Shown in pieces: positions 40,661-54,999 of a stretch of DNA of 64,000 nucleotides. Location: assembly GCF_009914755.1 (NCBI RefSeq), contig NC_060936.1; one strand, given 5' to 3'. Within the stretch, counting starts at the first letter, position 1; each line of letters opens with the position of its first letter. The notes under the pieces are model-generated. The model saw nothing but the letters and a program-made list of their open reading frames with translations. It was not told where the DNA came from and did no database searches. Position numbers and translations under genes: made by a program. The stretch is from the human T2T-CHM13v2.0 reference genome, Homo sapiens.

Positions 40661-41151
40661 TTATTCCTGAATCCAGGGACATCAGGAAATGATCAATTTA
40701 GGTGTGACTATCATGACTAGCATTTATTTAACTTGAAAAATACCTATTTGGGTATCATGAAGGAAGATATTCTTGTACTCAATAATAGAATGATGTAAAC
40801 TTCGGCAAATTAATTAACTATAAGGCTAACTTTTCTCACCTGATGAAAAGTAGGCAAAAAAAATGCCAGGCTCACTCAGATTGATGAAACTTAAAACTGA
40901 TGATACTTGCAAGTTATTTTGCACAGAGCCTGATAATAAGTTCTTAATAAACCATTTAAAAAGTATTTGTATTATTCCATTACTGAATATCAAATTGTAC
41001 CAAGTACACACAATACTGGGTAATTAAGAGTTAACACAAGAAATGTCCATCTAGTCACTGGATGAGGGCTGCTCCCAGGGTGTTAATCTTTGGCATATAA
41101 ACTTTGGTAAGGCAGCTCCCTCTAGTTAGAGAGCAAGTCTGAAAGTGGGAG

Positions 41152-42010
41152 GCGCTGGTTAATAGGATGTGTCAACTTGTCTGGGCTAAGAGATTCCCAG
41201 GTAGCTTTGAATACATTATTTCTGACTGTGTCTATGAGGGTGTTTCTGGAAGAGATTAGGATTCAAATTGATAGACTGAATAAAGAAGATCTACCCTCAC
41301 CAATGTAAGTGACATTATCCAACCATGGGGGTCCAAGTAGAACAAAAAGGCAGGGCCAGGTGTGGTGGCTCATGCCTGTAATCGCAGCACCTTGGAAGGC
41401 CTCAGTGAGAGGATCACTTAAGATCAGGAATTCAAGACCAACCTGGGCAACACAGCGAGACTCTGTCTCTGAACAAAAAACCAAAAAATTAGCCAGGGAC
41501 AATGGTGTGCACCTGAAGTCCAACTACTTAGGAGGCTGAGGCAGGAGGATTGCTTGAGCTCAGAAGGCTGCTATGAGCTATGATCATGCCACTGCCCTCC
41601 AGTCTGGCTGACAGAGCAAGACCCTGTCTCTTAAAAAATAATAATAAAAATAAAGAACAAAAAGGCAGAGGAAAGGGTAATTTCCTTTTCCTGTTTGAGC
41701 GAGGACATTCATCTTTGGCACCTGGACATCAGGGCTCCTGACTTTCTGACATTTAGACTGGGCCCAGGACTTACACCATGGGCACCCCACTCTTAGTTCT
41801 CAAGCTTTTGGACTAGGACTGAATTACACTATAGGCTTTCCTCACTCTTCAGCTTGCAGATGGCAGATCATGGGACTTCTCAGCCTCCATAATGAATCAT
41901 TTGAGCCAATTACTATTATCTATCTATCTATTTTTCTATCTGGCATCTATCTTTCCATCCATCCTTCCATACTATCAGTTCTGTTTCTCTGAAGAATCCT
42001 GACTCACACA
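41152..42010 (+). mobile_element. MLT2B-like ERVL LTR, interrupted by AluJ
   Basis: tgtgtcaacttgtctgggctaag...gggtgtttctggaagagatta...cagcttgcagatggcagatcatgggacttctcagcctccataat...ttctgtttctctgaagaatcctgact. Confidence 0.88.
41354..41653 (+). mobile_element. AluJ
   Basis: gaggattgcttgagc...gagctatgatcatgccactg; exact 15-bp TSD agaacaaaaaggcag. Confidence 0.93.
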
Positions 42011-43969
42011 GGAATATATCCATGGGTTTCAGAAGTCAACACTTCCAAAATCTGAGTGGATAATTTTCTTGGATAAAGGACTTTTTGTGGGTGGCACACC
42101 ACAATATCCATTATACTGTGAACCACTACACTCACTTCTATCAGGTCAGGCCCTCTTTTAAATTGGTTGCTGAAGGTGAACATTGAGAGCCTCTTATTGC
42201 TGCATTTATGCCCTGGGTAAGCAGGGAAGCAGGAAAACATTTCCATCATCTTTTTAAAGTTAATCTTGTGTTGGATGTATGATTAGAGGTTAATTAGGCC
42301 ACTCTTCTATGAACATGAGGAAGAAGTGGCTTATCAATGTTCACAATTGGTTTTATTAAATATAAAATTTGTATTGTGTCCCATTTTCTTGGACAGATGA
42401 AGCCTTCTCAGGTGTGACTTGTGTTATTGATACATACAAAATCAATTATACACATATAGCCACTGTTCTTAAAAAGCATCCAGAATTTAGGAAAAGGCAG
42501 AATTGGTATAAATCATTAAGGCCCAAATGAAGTCCTTATTTGGATGATTAAATATCTTATTCTAAAATCCAGTTACTAAAAAGGAAGTTAACGTTTTCAA
42601 ATATAGATGCTTTCCTTTATTTTTGAAGTTAAGATCTATTAAATAACACTGTGAAAGAGAGTCGTAGTTGTATTAGCAGAAATCAGAAGACAGTAAGAAA
42701 TGTCCAAGGAAACTTTCTATGTATAACATTTACCAAGACATGGAACTGATATCTACAGAAAATACTCTAAGTATCATCTTCGGAAGTAATCCAACTGAAG
42801 TCTGGGACCAACTTACTATGACACAGCAATTCCACCTTTTTTTCCTGGAGGTTGAAAGTTAGACAGTCTGGGTGCTTTCCAGATTGTTATTTGAAAGGCA
42901 CTCAGCTACTACACAGAATTGTTAGCTTTCCCCCAACCCCCTGCCACCGCTGTGTGAAAGCAAAGGGAGGGGGCTGAAGGTACAACCTAAGGGTGTCAAC
43001 TCTTACTTATTGAACAAGAACCTGCATACACAGTGCCAGTGATGTGATTAATCATTCCCTGGTCCAAAAAGAAGGTCGTTCATGTTGAAATTTTGATTTA
43101 TGTGTGCTCTTGCATTATCTCCTAAACCCTAGCCACTTGCCAGCATGCAGAGTGTAATGAGTTTGGCATTTGTGTAGGACTTTAAAAACATTAAATAATG
43201 AATCCCTCTAGAACATCTCCTTGTATTACTATGTCCTACTCAATTTTTAAGTAGCGAAAATAGAGATAGTGTATAATTTCACTAAATCCTCATATCAAGT
43301 TAGTAAAGTAGAGGAGTAGGAATAATTAAATGTGTTCAAACATTATAATGTGGAATCATTAAACATGCCTCATAGAGTCCAAGTAGACTCCATAGGTCTA
43401 GAAAAGTGATGATTTCGAACTTATCAAGGAAATTAGGAGGTTAGGCTGATCAAAGCGTTTTTTTCTTTATATTTACTAGTGTTAATATCATCTAGTAATT
43501 CTTCTGGCTTAGTCATCTTCCTCCAGCTAGTATCATACTCACTCAAAAATTCATTACTTTTTAATGAATCATAATTTACATGTAAATTTTGACTCCATTC
43601 TTTAAAATGCTAAGGTACTAAATTTTAGAATATGTTTTTTGTTGTTTTTAAAAATGCATATTTTCTATAGAGTTAAAATTCTTGATTCTACTAGTGTGTG
43701 TAAATGCCTTGTAGCTGTTGTATTTGGCTTTGATCACCAAATACTAGTGAACATATCTGTGCATCCAAAACTTTGAAAAGTTACCTTGTAAAACAAAATG
43801 TTTTAGTAATAATCTATGTGAAGATGGCAGCTGCTGAGATAATAAAATAGATTTTCTCGAAAAAAGAAGCAAGCTCTTTCAAGCTAAGAAAGTGCCTTAT
43901 ACTGCAGAGAAAATAAATTTACATAGTTTTAGTCATAGCAGTTAAATACATGGGATTTTACATGGAGGA

Positions 43970-43974
<5 letters not shown>

Positions 43975-44022
<48 letters not shown>
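43975..44022. repeat. (TG)24 microsatellite
   Basis: Read directly from the sequence. Confidence 0.95.
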
Positions 44023-44025
<3 letters not shown>

Positions 44026-44595
44026 TCCTATAATCCAGGTGTTTATATTCCTTATCCAGAATATAAATGCCTGGATTATAGGCTGATCTGGGCTAGCCTG
44101 GGCTTTGGTTTTGGCTACTTCTCAGGTGTGGTGGTGAGCAGAAACAAGGTGCAGTACCTTTACAAAGTAGACAGTCTAATATAAGAATTTCTCATGTTAA
44201 GGAGGGATTTCAGAGGAGGTCTTTGCAAACCAAAGCAAAACCAAATATAAATGAAACAAAACACTATAACCCCTTTTGAAGATGACTGCAAGAAAGCATA
44301 AGGGTACCTTGGCACTAAACAGCCAGTGAGAAAAAAAAAAAAACTAATGTCCTGAAGAAGTTGTGATTATGGGCTGGCCCTCACAAGGGTTTGCAGCCTT
44401 GTTCCCAACAGCGAGAGTTCACGCCTTTCCTTTGTTTGTGGGGCTCCCAGATTGGTGGTACCCCCTAGTGCCCAGCAGAAGCAAATGCAAATCCTTGAGA
44501 GTTAAGCTCAGTCTGTATTCTACTTTTGAATCTTCGAAAAACTTCATGAGGGCAGTAACAAGGCAAAGTAAAAACTAATTAAGTATCAAGAATAT

Positions 44596-44864
44596 GGCCG
44601 GGCACGGTGGCTCACTCCTGTAATCCCAGCACTTCGGGAGGCCAAGGCGGGCAGATCATCTGAGGTCAGGAGTTCGAGACCAGCCTGGCCAACATGGTGA
44701 AACCCCATTTCTACTAAAAATACAAAAATTAGCCGGGCGTGGTGGCGGGCATCTGTAATCTCAGCTACTATGGAGGCTGAGGCAGGAGAATCACTTGAAC
44801 TGGGGGCGGAGGTTGCTTTAGCGCGGGCGACAGAACGAGACTCTGTCTCAAAAAAGAAAAAAAA
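44596..44864 (+). mobile_element. AluS (Sx-like) with right-arm deletion
   Basis: Left arm intact; gaggttgc jumps to tagcgcgggcgacag; TSD atcaagaata. Confidence 0.93.
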
Positions 44865-44958
44865 ATCAAGAATAAAAGGCATCTGAATGAGAAACAACAG
44901 AAACAAACTTGAAAAGATATTCCAGATATTGGAAGTATCAATATAAATAAACATTTCA

Positions 44959-45354
<396 letters not shown>

Positions 45355-46444
45355 TTACATAACAGAGTTGAAAAATATTCAAATATAATTTCCTGAGATA
45401 AAAATATAAAATAATTAAAATTTTACATTTAATACACATATTTGCACCAGATGAAGCACAGCTGAAGAGATAATTAGTGACCTGGAAGATGGGAAATAGT
45501 ATACACAGTATAGAGGCAATACAGAGAAACAAACAAAATGGAATTCATCTTGAAAAAAATAGGAGACTTGGTAGATAGAATGAGAAACTTTAATATGCCT
45601 CCAACAAAGCTCTAGAAGGAGCTAAGAGACATAATGGGGTAGAAGCAACATTGGTAGAGATAAAAGCTTAGAATGTCTGGAATTAATGAAAGATGCTAAT
45701 GTATCCATCCAGATTCATGAAGTCAACAAATCTGCTCTGCAGCAGAATAAAGAGATTCATACTAGACACAGTGTAGTGGAATAGAAAATCCCAAAGTTAA
45801 AAAAATTGAAATTAAAAACACCTAGAGGAAGAGAAATGATACCTTCAAAAGATTGGAGACTAACTTCTCAATGGATAATGGAAGCCAGAAGACAGGAGAA
45901 TAGTATTGTAAACATGCTACCAAAAAAAATATGAAATGATAACATCAATTAATCTGAAAGAAGAAAAGGAAGGCAATAGAAGGAAATAGATTAAGTGAAG
46001 CATATAAATTGATACAACAGAACAAGTAGTTACATTACATTTAAAGAAACCAGTGTCTACTTTAAAAATAAAGATTACATAACTTGATTTTAAAAGATTG
46101 CATGATATTAACAAGAGTCACATCTAAAACACAGAAAGAAAGAAAAAGAATAAAGGACATAGGCCATGCAAATACTAATTAAATACAATTAAAATGGTTG
46201 TGTTATATCGGAAATAAAGACTTTAATGTAAAAATTTTTGATTGACCAAGAAAATATTATCAATAGTAACTGTGAAAATATGTGAACTAAACATAATGGA
46301 AATATAAGGATAAACATAATGGGATATTTTAAAATACTTTTCCCAATAAATAGTAAGAAAGATAATCACAAAATCATTAAAGATATAGATTTGAATAAAA
46401 AAACCATATTGACTACACATTGCTATCACTGTATCCATCTATCT

Positions 46445-46615
46445 ATATAAATAAAATACATATATGTAATATACACACAAATATGTGTATGTGTGTATAT
46501 ATGTATACACCCCCCAAACATACACAGATACACATACATCTATATGTATGTATGTGTGTATATATATGTCACACACAGACATATATATATATATGTATAT
46601 AATATATATATATGT
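46445..46615. repeat. Compound (TA)/(CA)/(TG) low-complexity tract
   Basis: Read directly from the sequence. Confidence 0.85.
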
Positions 46616-47717
46616 AAATGCTCTCTCTGGCAACTGGATAATACACAATTGTTTTAAGCACACATGAAACAGTTGTCAAAAGTGTTCTTTTTCTGGGTCA
46701 TAAAATGAATATTATCTAATAGTTAAGAGTAAAAATAATGACAATTAAGCTAGAATTAAATAAAAATAGCTAGACATATGTCTACTTATTTGAATATCAA
46801 GACTAAGTAATATTAGTGTAAAAGAAGAAAGTAGAAAAAGCTGAATGATAATGAAAATGTTAGCACATAACAAAACACATGGAAGGCAGCTAAAGCCACA
46901 CAGGAACACAGTTTATATACATATATATAAAGTTTTAAATATATTTATGTATAACATTTTAGACAGAGACAGAAAGTGTTGGAAATTAATGAACTAGCAA
47001 TCCTGATGCATTAGAAACAGAACAGGCAAAATCAAAAATAGAGTCAGAAATTATTATTATATATCAGAAAAATATATAATAAAGAGAATCATAAAAATAA
47101 AAAATTGATTTTAAAAAGACTGCTTAAATTGATTATTCCTCAGATTAGACTAGTTATGACAAAAGAAAGAAGTCCCAAGCAAACTATATCTAGAACTAAA
47201 TGGAGACATATCTCCAGATTCTAAAGATATGAAAGAGATATTAATAGGATAATATGAAGAACCTTTTAGTAATAAATTTACACATTTAGATAACATAGAT
47301 AAATTTCTAGAAACATCTAATCATCCAAAAGTGACTCCAGAAGGAAGAGAATACATAAATAGTATATACATAGACATTAAGAAATTAAATCATTAATCAA
47401 AAGCCTTCCCACAAAGAAACTCCAGTCCCAGATGGCTTCATTAATAGGTTCTGCCAAATATTCAAGGAAGAAATAATTCTATCTTCTCAAACTTTCTGAA
47501 ACTAGAAATAAAGAAAATACTTCCCAACTCATTTTGTGAGGTTAGTATAACCTTGAAAAAACTGAAAAGAGTATGTATTTCAAAAAACCCTAAATACATA
47601 CCACTTTGACTCATGGATATAAGTGTAAAACTCCTAAGCCAAATATTTGCAAATGAAATCTAGAAAAATCTGAAGAAAAAATAATAGGTCATCTCTCGTA
47701 AAAACCCAAGAACATAC

Positions 47718-48020
47718 TGCAATTCAGTTTTGCACTAATTGCTTAGAATCAGCACAGACCCCGCAGGTTTAAAAGGCAGAGTTCCCAACAAGACTGCTCT
47801 TACTGCCGACACCAGCAACACTTTGAGGCTCCCACGTTTCCAAACTCACACTTCTGACCAGCTGGCTATAAATTCAGGGGTTCTCCCAGGCCTTTCAGTT
47901 TTGATCACTTGCTGGAACATCTCAAAGAACTCAAGAAAGTACTATACTTAAAATCACAGTTTTTTTTTTTTGTAAGGTATACAGATTAGGAGAATCAGCC
48001 AGATATAAAGACCCATAGAG
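47718..48020 (-). mobile_element. MER21C-like LTR fragment
   Basis: cacagaccccgcaggtttaa...caagactgctctta...cacttctgaccagctggctataaattc...gaactcaagaaagtactatactta. Confidence 0.8.
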
Positions 48021-48619
48021 ACCAAAGAGAGGTTGGTGCACTGCTAAGCCAATCAATATAATTTACTACAATAACAGACTAAAATAGACAAATCTTATAA
48101 TTCTCTCAACAGGTGAAGAAAAAAATGCATCTTCCAGTTGTGATAAATTCAACTTCTATTCATGATAAAAGTCTTAGTAACTCACAACTGAATGAAAGCC
48201 ATTCTAAATACTTCCCTGTCCCATGCTCAGTTTGTATATACAAATGGTCATTAAGAGCTCTTATTTCTAAGTGCATTTTCTATTGGTTTTCTCTGTACCT
48301 GATACTGTCCTGTTTCTGGCCTCTGTTCTCTCTCATTATTTTGATTGATCTATTTTCTTTTAATGTTGCTCATTTTCAATTCATCCCCCAAAGTTTCTAG
48401 TATGTAAATCTGTTTAAGCCCTTGCTCATTATTTTTAAATGAGTTTCCATGGTTTACAGCATATAATTTGATACTTTGGAGCTCCCTATACCACTGAACA
48501 AATAATCTTCCACATATTAATGGTAAGTTAGAAGTATCAAACTTCCAATTTCAAAAACTGTCATGCTTAAGCATATTTGGGGGATTTATATTAGCAAATA
48601 TATATTAACTCTAAGAAAA

Positions 48620-48815
48620 ATAATAGTTTACATTTGTATAGTACATAATAGTCTGTTAAGTGCTCATATTTGTATTATGACATTTTACAAGAGCAAGTAT
48701 TATTATCCCTTCCTTCTTGATGAAATAAAGAGATATAAGAAGTAAGTAATTTGTCCAACTAAATGGCAAAACTGGGAGTAGAACTCAGCTCTTTGATTAT
48801 AAGTTTAATACTTTT
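48620..48815 (-). mobile_element. MIR
   Basis: tattattatccc...gatgaaataaagagatataagaagtaagtaatttgtccaa...ggcaaaactgggagtagaactcag. Confidence 0.65.
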
Positions 48816-49475
48816 TCTTTCTAAATACAAATAATATTTTCTGCAGGAATTTGCCTCAGAAAGTCGTTCCTCAGTATCTCTTAACTACTGATATTTGGCC
48901 ACTCTCTGCCATGTTTCTGTTGGTTGGTTTGTTTCACATTTGCCCTTTTCCTGGCCCTTCTGTCCTGTTTTGCCTGGCTATTGGACACATTCTCTTGCTT
49001 ATCTTTCTTGTCTATGCATGTGCCGGAAGAATAGTGGAATGGCAGGAGATAACAGTTGACTCTGCTCTTTACCCTTCTCTTCATCTGGCCCCATAACACA
49101 ATATATTTTATTAGTATTCACCCTAATTATGTCTGTACAGGCATAATTATGCCAGGTACAATTATGCCTGTGGTTAATAACTAGATTAGATCATTGTTAA
49201 TAATTCATATAGTCTGGTTCTCTTTCTTTGTTTTTTAAAGAAGAAAATATTCTTACCAATGCATAAACTTAGTTAAGTTTAAAATAATTGGATGAAGTAA
49301 TATCTCTGAAAAGCATTTATTACCTTCTATGGAATTCATTCTACCTTAGGTACAGTTTGCTGTTCTTTAAATCTAAGAATAGTTTATAACATACTCATAG
49401 TAAATATACCCAAGAAAATTAAGTTCATATTTAAAGTCATTGTATGCTGAAATCACTTTTCTAAACCAGCCAGTT

Positions 49476-50357
49476 TCAGAACTCTGAGAAAAAAACACAA
49501 AACAAAAGAAAAAATGAACAACAAACAAAACTGGCTTTCTTCTGCTCTTATACAACAATCAACACAGAAGATTTCTGTGACCAAATGTGGAAGGGTTTCT
49601 TCCCACTCATCAAGCAAGCAATCAATTCTGTAGTGGACACCGGTTGGTCTCCTCCAACCTAGTTTGATTCCAAAACTACCCACATTAAGACAGCGTATGA
49701 AGATAGATCGTGCACAGGTTGAGGTCTCAGTCTCACAGGACTGCCTCCGCTTCTGATGCCAATCGCAAGCTCCAGATTGTTTTACGTGTGCTTCTGACTG
49801 ACCAGCGGTAAATTGGAGATCCCACAATTTCCTCCTGGGGTTTGATTATTTTGCTAAAGCAGCTCAGAAAACTCCTGGAAATGCATTTACCAGTTTATTA
49901 TAAAGGGTATTATAAAGGATAGAGATGAAGAGTCACATGGGATGAGGTATGGGGGAAGGGGTGTGGAGTTTCCATGCCCTCTCTTGGTGTGCCACCCTCC
50001 AGGAACCTCCACTTGGTGAGCTATCGGGAAGCTCCCTGAACCTGTCCTTTTGGATTTTTATGGAAGCTTTATTACTTAGGTATGATTGATTAAACCATTG
50101 GCCATTGGTGATCAACTTAATCTTTAGCTCCTCTTCTCTATGATGTTGGAGTGTGGGGCTGAAAGTCCCACCCTTCTAATCCTGCCTTGGTCTTGGTAAC
50201 CAGCTCGATCAGATCCAGAAGCAACCTAGGGGGCTGCCAGCCACCAGTCGACTCATTAGCATGCAAAAGACATTTATCACTTTGGAGATTCCAAGAATAT
50301 AAGTAGTTGTATGTTAGCGGACAGCGACAAAACCATATATATCTTTCACAATATTAA
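49476..50357 (-). mobile_element. MER21A/B LTR, near full length
   Basis: caacacagaagatttctgtgaccaaatgtg...gtgccaccctccaggaacctccac...tgattaaaccattggccattggtgatcaact. Confidence 0.9.
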
Positions 50358-51497
50358 ATTGGCATACTAGCGCTCGACTGAAACTTTTTAATAATCAATT
50401 TGGCAGACTTTTCTGTATCCCTATTGAAAATTTCAAATATGTAATTAATTAATATTGGAGCTTTGAATGATTGCCTATTGCCCAATGTGTACATTTCAAA
50501 AGCCTAAGCCCTTTTAGCTACATAGATGATCGTTAGTGTTTTCAATGGTTTGGTGCTGAGTATTTATACTGGACATTGTGGTATGTTTCAAATGATAGAA
50601 AATAAGAACCGACATGAAAAGTGCAAACTTCTTGTAATTTACTTTGTTTATATAGAAGTAATACATTAAATCATCTATGAAGTACATCAAGTAAACCTGG
50701 ATAGAATGGATTTTTAAATTGAAAATATGAGAATTAATATACTGAAAACCCCCATGGGAAGTAACTATATGTCACTGGTGCCAAATTGGAAATCTCCAGG
50801 TTATAAGATCATAACCCCTAGAGGAATATTTATCTGTATGTTTACTTAATATCTAACAGCATGTGAAATTTATTTATTAATATGCCTGCAGGTTTCTCTC
50901 TAATCCCACTTCTCAAAGATACACACACATAGATATAAAGCCACGAGGGGGTGAATTGCCCTGGAACTGTTTCCATCTAAGTTGAAAAATATGGTTATAA
51001 TGGGAAAAGCAAAAGTTGCTCTCCTTCTGACCTTGAACATTTTTATAGACCCAAAGTAAAATATGTGGACAAATTCAAAGGCTATCTCCTCTATGATATC
51101 TTCCTTGCAATATACTTGGCCCCATCTATTGCCCCATCTAATCAGCACTGATCACACTGTCTTTGGTTATAATTTGACTATAGGCCTTATTTTATCATCC
51201 CTTCAATTACAGTTTATTTATATTCCTGTTTCTTTTGAATGCTCTCAAGTGATAGAGATCTTGTGATAATTTGTTTTAATACATGGCACATAGCAAAGCG
51301 ACTTTGCACATTGTCATTTACTAAATATTTGTTAAATGTGTTTGGTTTTAATTGAATTGCATTTACATATCCAAAAACTTAAACATGTAAACCATTATTC
51401 AGGGTAATGATATTAAAAGAAAAGAGCAAACATTTTTTAACTGGCAAAGAAATACATTTTAGAAAGTTTAGAATGTAATTTTCCACAGTATTTTATT

Positions 51498-51546
51498 TTT
51501 GAAGTGAAGTTATGATTGTATATTTGAAGTGAAGTTATGATTGTAT
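51498..51546. repeat. Perfect tandem duplication of 24 bp (period 25)
   Basis: tttgaagtgaagttatgattgtat occurs twice. Confidence 0.95.
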
Positions 51547-52145
51547 TAAAAGCAAGGTTATCTGACATAATTTTTACCTATACAAAGTTTAGAATTGAAA
51601 CAACTGTCTGAATAATTTAAAACAAAACACATTTGCTTCAATTTTCTATCGATTTAGGGTATAACTATTGATTTGGCTTGAAATATCCAATGATTGCCTC
51701 AGTGCTATATTTCCTTTAGCATCTGTGGACTTAGCTACAATGAAACAAATCTTTTTGAAATTGTAACAGCTAGGCTGCATGCAATAGTAATATCAGACAT
51801 CTGTATAGTGCCTTCTACTTACATAAAAGTGCTTTTACATAAATTATTTTATTTAGTTCTCAGGTAGGGGAAATGGAGGCAGAGAAACTGTGAGAAAAGT
51901 AGGAGAAATACTTTATAGAGATAAAAGACAGGATTATATTTGATATATATATATATGGATTTTTTTTGCAAATACCTAAATAGCTTGCACAAAAGCCTCT
52001 TGTGTATATAAGTTTGTTCTAAAATGAAGGTAAAATTTGTAATCATGGCAAACCTATTTGTATACACATGGAACTTGTTCACTTAATGTTGCCAAGTAGT
52101 TGAAAATATGAATCAGACATTTAAAATGGTGGCTTACAGGATTAA

Positions 52146-52312
52146 AAGATTTAATTGCAGTAAAGATTGTGAATATATAAAATTTGAATTTAGCCAAATG
52201 GAGATGATTTTAAATCTTTCAGAGAGATCAGTTTCAGTTTCAGTCATAGGAGTAGACAAGAATGAAGGCATCAAGTAAAGAGACCAGTGTGGTGTATAAA
52301 TATGCCCAAGTC
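52146..52312 (+). repeat. Copy 1 of a ~170-bp local direct repeat
   Basis: Shares exact blocks aagatttaattgcagtaaa, ggagatgattttaaa, agaatgaaggca and tggtgtataaatatgcccaa with 54799-54970. Confidence 0.9.
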
Positions 52313-53772
52313 TTGTAAAAATACCATGGGAATATATAAAATAAAGTTACCCATTCTAACAAAGGGATTAAGGGAAGTTTGCACAAAAGAGGTGCGTCTT
52401 AAGAGTTCAATAGAGAAATGAGTAAGACCATAAATAAAAGCACTCAAATGTAAAATTGCACATTACGGTTGACAGTCTGCTACATGGTAAGTTGCATGGA
52501 AGAAAATAATAGAAAATCCAACTTAAAAAGTGGAATTGGGTTTGATTATGAATAGCTTGGAATTTCACACTAAAGATTTTGGCTGTCTTTGAAGGCAACA
52601 AAGAGTTTTTAATTAATTTTTTAAGAAAAATAAATGAAAAACTATTTATTTTAGTTAGGAAACTTTACTTTGATTGGAGATGAGAAAAGTGTTTAGAATG
52701 GAATCTTAGGGCAGTGCTTTCCAAATACCTAACAATAAGTCATGAAATGTTAACTTTTGCAGGGTACACTGTGCCAAGCTGACAACACTGTTTATGGCTG
52801 TGGGTCACCAGCTCCCTGAGACCTGCTCCTCTGCACCTCCCTAAAGGCTAAGAGACTCAATATCTCTCTCACTCGAACCCATCAGCTCCACAGCAAAGTT
52901 CCTGGTATCTCTTTTGGGAAATATCCTGCCATTGGGAAAGAAAGGAGAACAGGAATTGATGAAGAAAAGGGAGAAAAGGGGACAAAAAGAAGACAAAAGA
53001 AGAATAGAAGCAGAAGAGTACGGTATTCTAAGTGAAGGAAGAACCTTTTTAAAGAGGGAGTGAACCAAAAAGACTTGACAGCTATTGAGAATTCCAATTG
53101 TGTGGGAGCTAAGGAGAGGGCACTGGTTAGGGCAATGTCCTCCCTGGTTTTGCGTTAGAGGCAGTTTGAGTAGTAGAGGGGCATAGAAGGCAGATTAGGC
53201 AGTGACAGGGAAGTATGGAAGCGGTGTGTGTGGTTTGCTGCACTTAGACAAACCTTGTGGGGGAAGGTAGAAAAGCAATGGGCTGGAATGGGTGGCAATG
53301 ACACTTTGGGGATTTGAAGACCTGCCTGAGTTTGTATGCAGATTGAGGGGAAGATATAAGAGGAAAGAATGGAACTGAAAACATAAAAGACAAAAGGAAA
53401 TAATTGACAAAGCAAAATTCAGGCAACCAGGAAAGAACGGGATCAAATGTATGTAGACAGATTAAACTTGGTTAAGAATATACTTTTCTTTGAATAGACA
53501 GAAAGGAGGAACATATTGATAAATGGTAGAGGGAGATTTTGAAGGGTGCTGAAGACCTGAGAGAGTATTCTCACTCAATAGCTTTTGTTTTCTCTGTAAA
53601 ATATGATGTGAGAAGGATGGTGATCATTCAGCAATTCCTACTGGGGAAAAGGACAGACAACAACGTGGAGTGAGAGTGGGGTCAGATGACTGTATCAATC
53701 ATGTGCTCAACACTGTGCTAGGTGCTGTAGGGGATATAAAATATGTATCATGTGATTCCTGCCCTCAAAGGG

Positions 53773-53774
<2 letters not shown>

Positions 53775-53814
<40 letters not shown>

Positions 53815-53840
53815 ACACACACTCTCTCTCTCTCTCTCTC
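53775..53840. repeat. Compound (AC)n(TC)n microsatellite
   Basis: Read directly from the sequence. Confidence 0.95.
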
Positions 53841-54798
53841 AAACCTATAAGGGTAAGGGAATCTTTTTGAGTTAAACTATGATTTGCTGAAAAGCATAAT
53901 AAAAGTCCTAGGTAAGAATTGGAGAGGGGGCAGTAAAGACATTGAGAAAAGCTTTATGCATTATTTGGATAAACAGAGGAACAGATTGTAGGAAGCAACA
54001 GAACCCAGCATGAGCATGGCATGCACACCAGCTAGTTGGGAGATCATGAGATAGTAGAGGAAATGAGTGATGGGAAGAGGAAGGCAACATGACTGAATAG
54101 ATAGGAAAGAACCAGAGTATAGAGCACTGGTAGAAAGGATGGAGGTGCATGAAGATTAATTAGGTATTTACCTGCAGGATGAAGGAGAGTGTGGAGATAA
54201 TAGAAATAGAAAAATAATAAGGCAGGAAACGGTTGCAGCAAACCAGATGTGAGGTTATGCAAGAGTAATGCCAGTGCCAGAGTAAAGAGAAAGGGATGAA
54301 TCTGAGAGATATTCTGAAGGAAGATTTGCTAAAATAATGTGACAGATTGGATATTGATTGGGAGGAAAGAAAAGAGTAACATGTGCCTTTAGGTTTTTAC
54401 TTCTGGGAGATAGAAAAATGATGCTGACGTTGAAATAAAACATCTGTGAAAGCAAGGCAGATTGGGGCTTTTTGAAGTTTGGTGGGACAGCAGTGAATAT
54501 TATTGGTAGGTTTTTGGCATTTCAAGTCTATAGGGAGAAAGGATAGAGGTTTATAATTTGGATTATCACCAAAAGGTCATAAATGAAGCTTTGGGGAAAA
54601 AAAAAAAGCTCTTTGAGAAAATGTGTGGAAGTACAGAGGATCAGAGTGAGGGTTTAAGTCTTAAGGGGCATTTCCAGTTAGAAATCAGGAGGAGCCATCG
54701 AGACTGCCTAAAAGGTAGAATAACTGGCCAGAGCATTTGGGGAACTAATGAATTGACATGCTCTGAAACAAAAAAGAGAAGAAAACTGCAAGGAGCAT

Positions 54799-54970
54799 AA
54801 GATTTAATTGCAGTAAAAGTTTTGAATAAATAAAATATATAAAAGTCCATTGAATTTGACCAAAAGGAGATGATTTTAAACCTTTCAGAGATCAATTTCA
54901 GTGAAGTGGTAGTAGATGAGAATGAAGGCACCAGGTAGAGAGATAGTTGGTGTATAAATATGCCCAACTC
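54799..54970 (+). repeat. Copy 2 of the ~170-bp local direct repeat, within L2
   Basis: Same shared blocks as 52146-52312. Confidence 0.9.
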
Positions 54971-54999
54971 TCTCTGAAGGAGAGTATATTAGAATTTCT

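Larger units (their letters stand above)
53690..54980 (-). mobile_element. L2 fragment
   Basis: cactgtgctaggtgctgtaggggata...cctgccctcaa; gatgaatctgagagatatt; atgtgacagattggatattga. Confidence 0.7.

Noticed and set aside
40144-42010. Two MLT2 LTRs as a proviral pair
   Set aside because: They appear to be different subfamilies, the first has its own TSD within L2, and there is no ERVL internal sequence between them.
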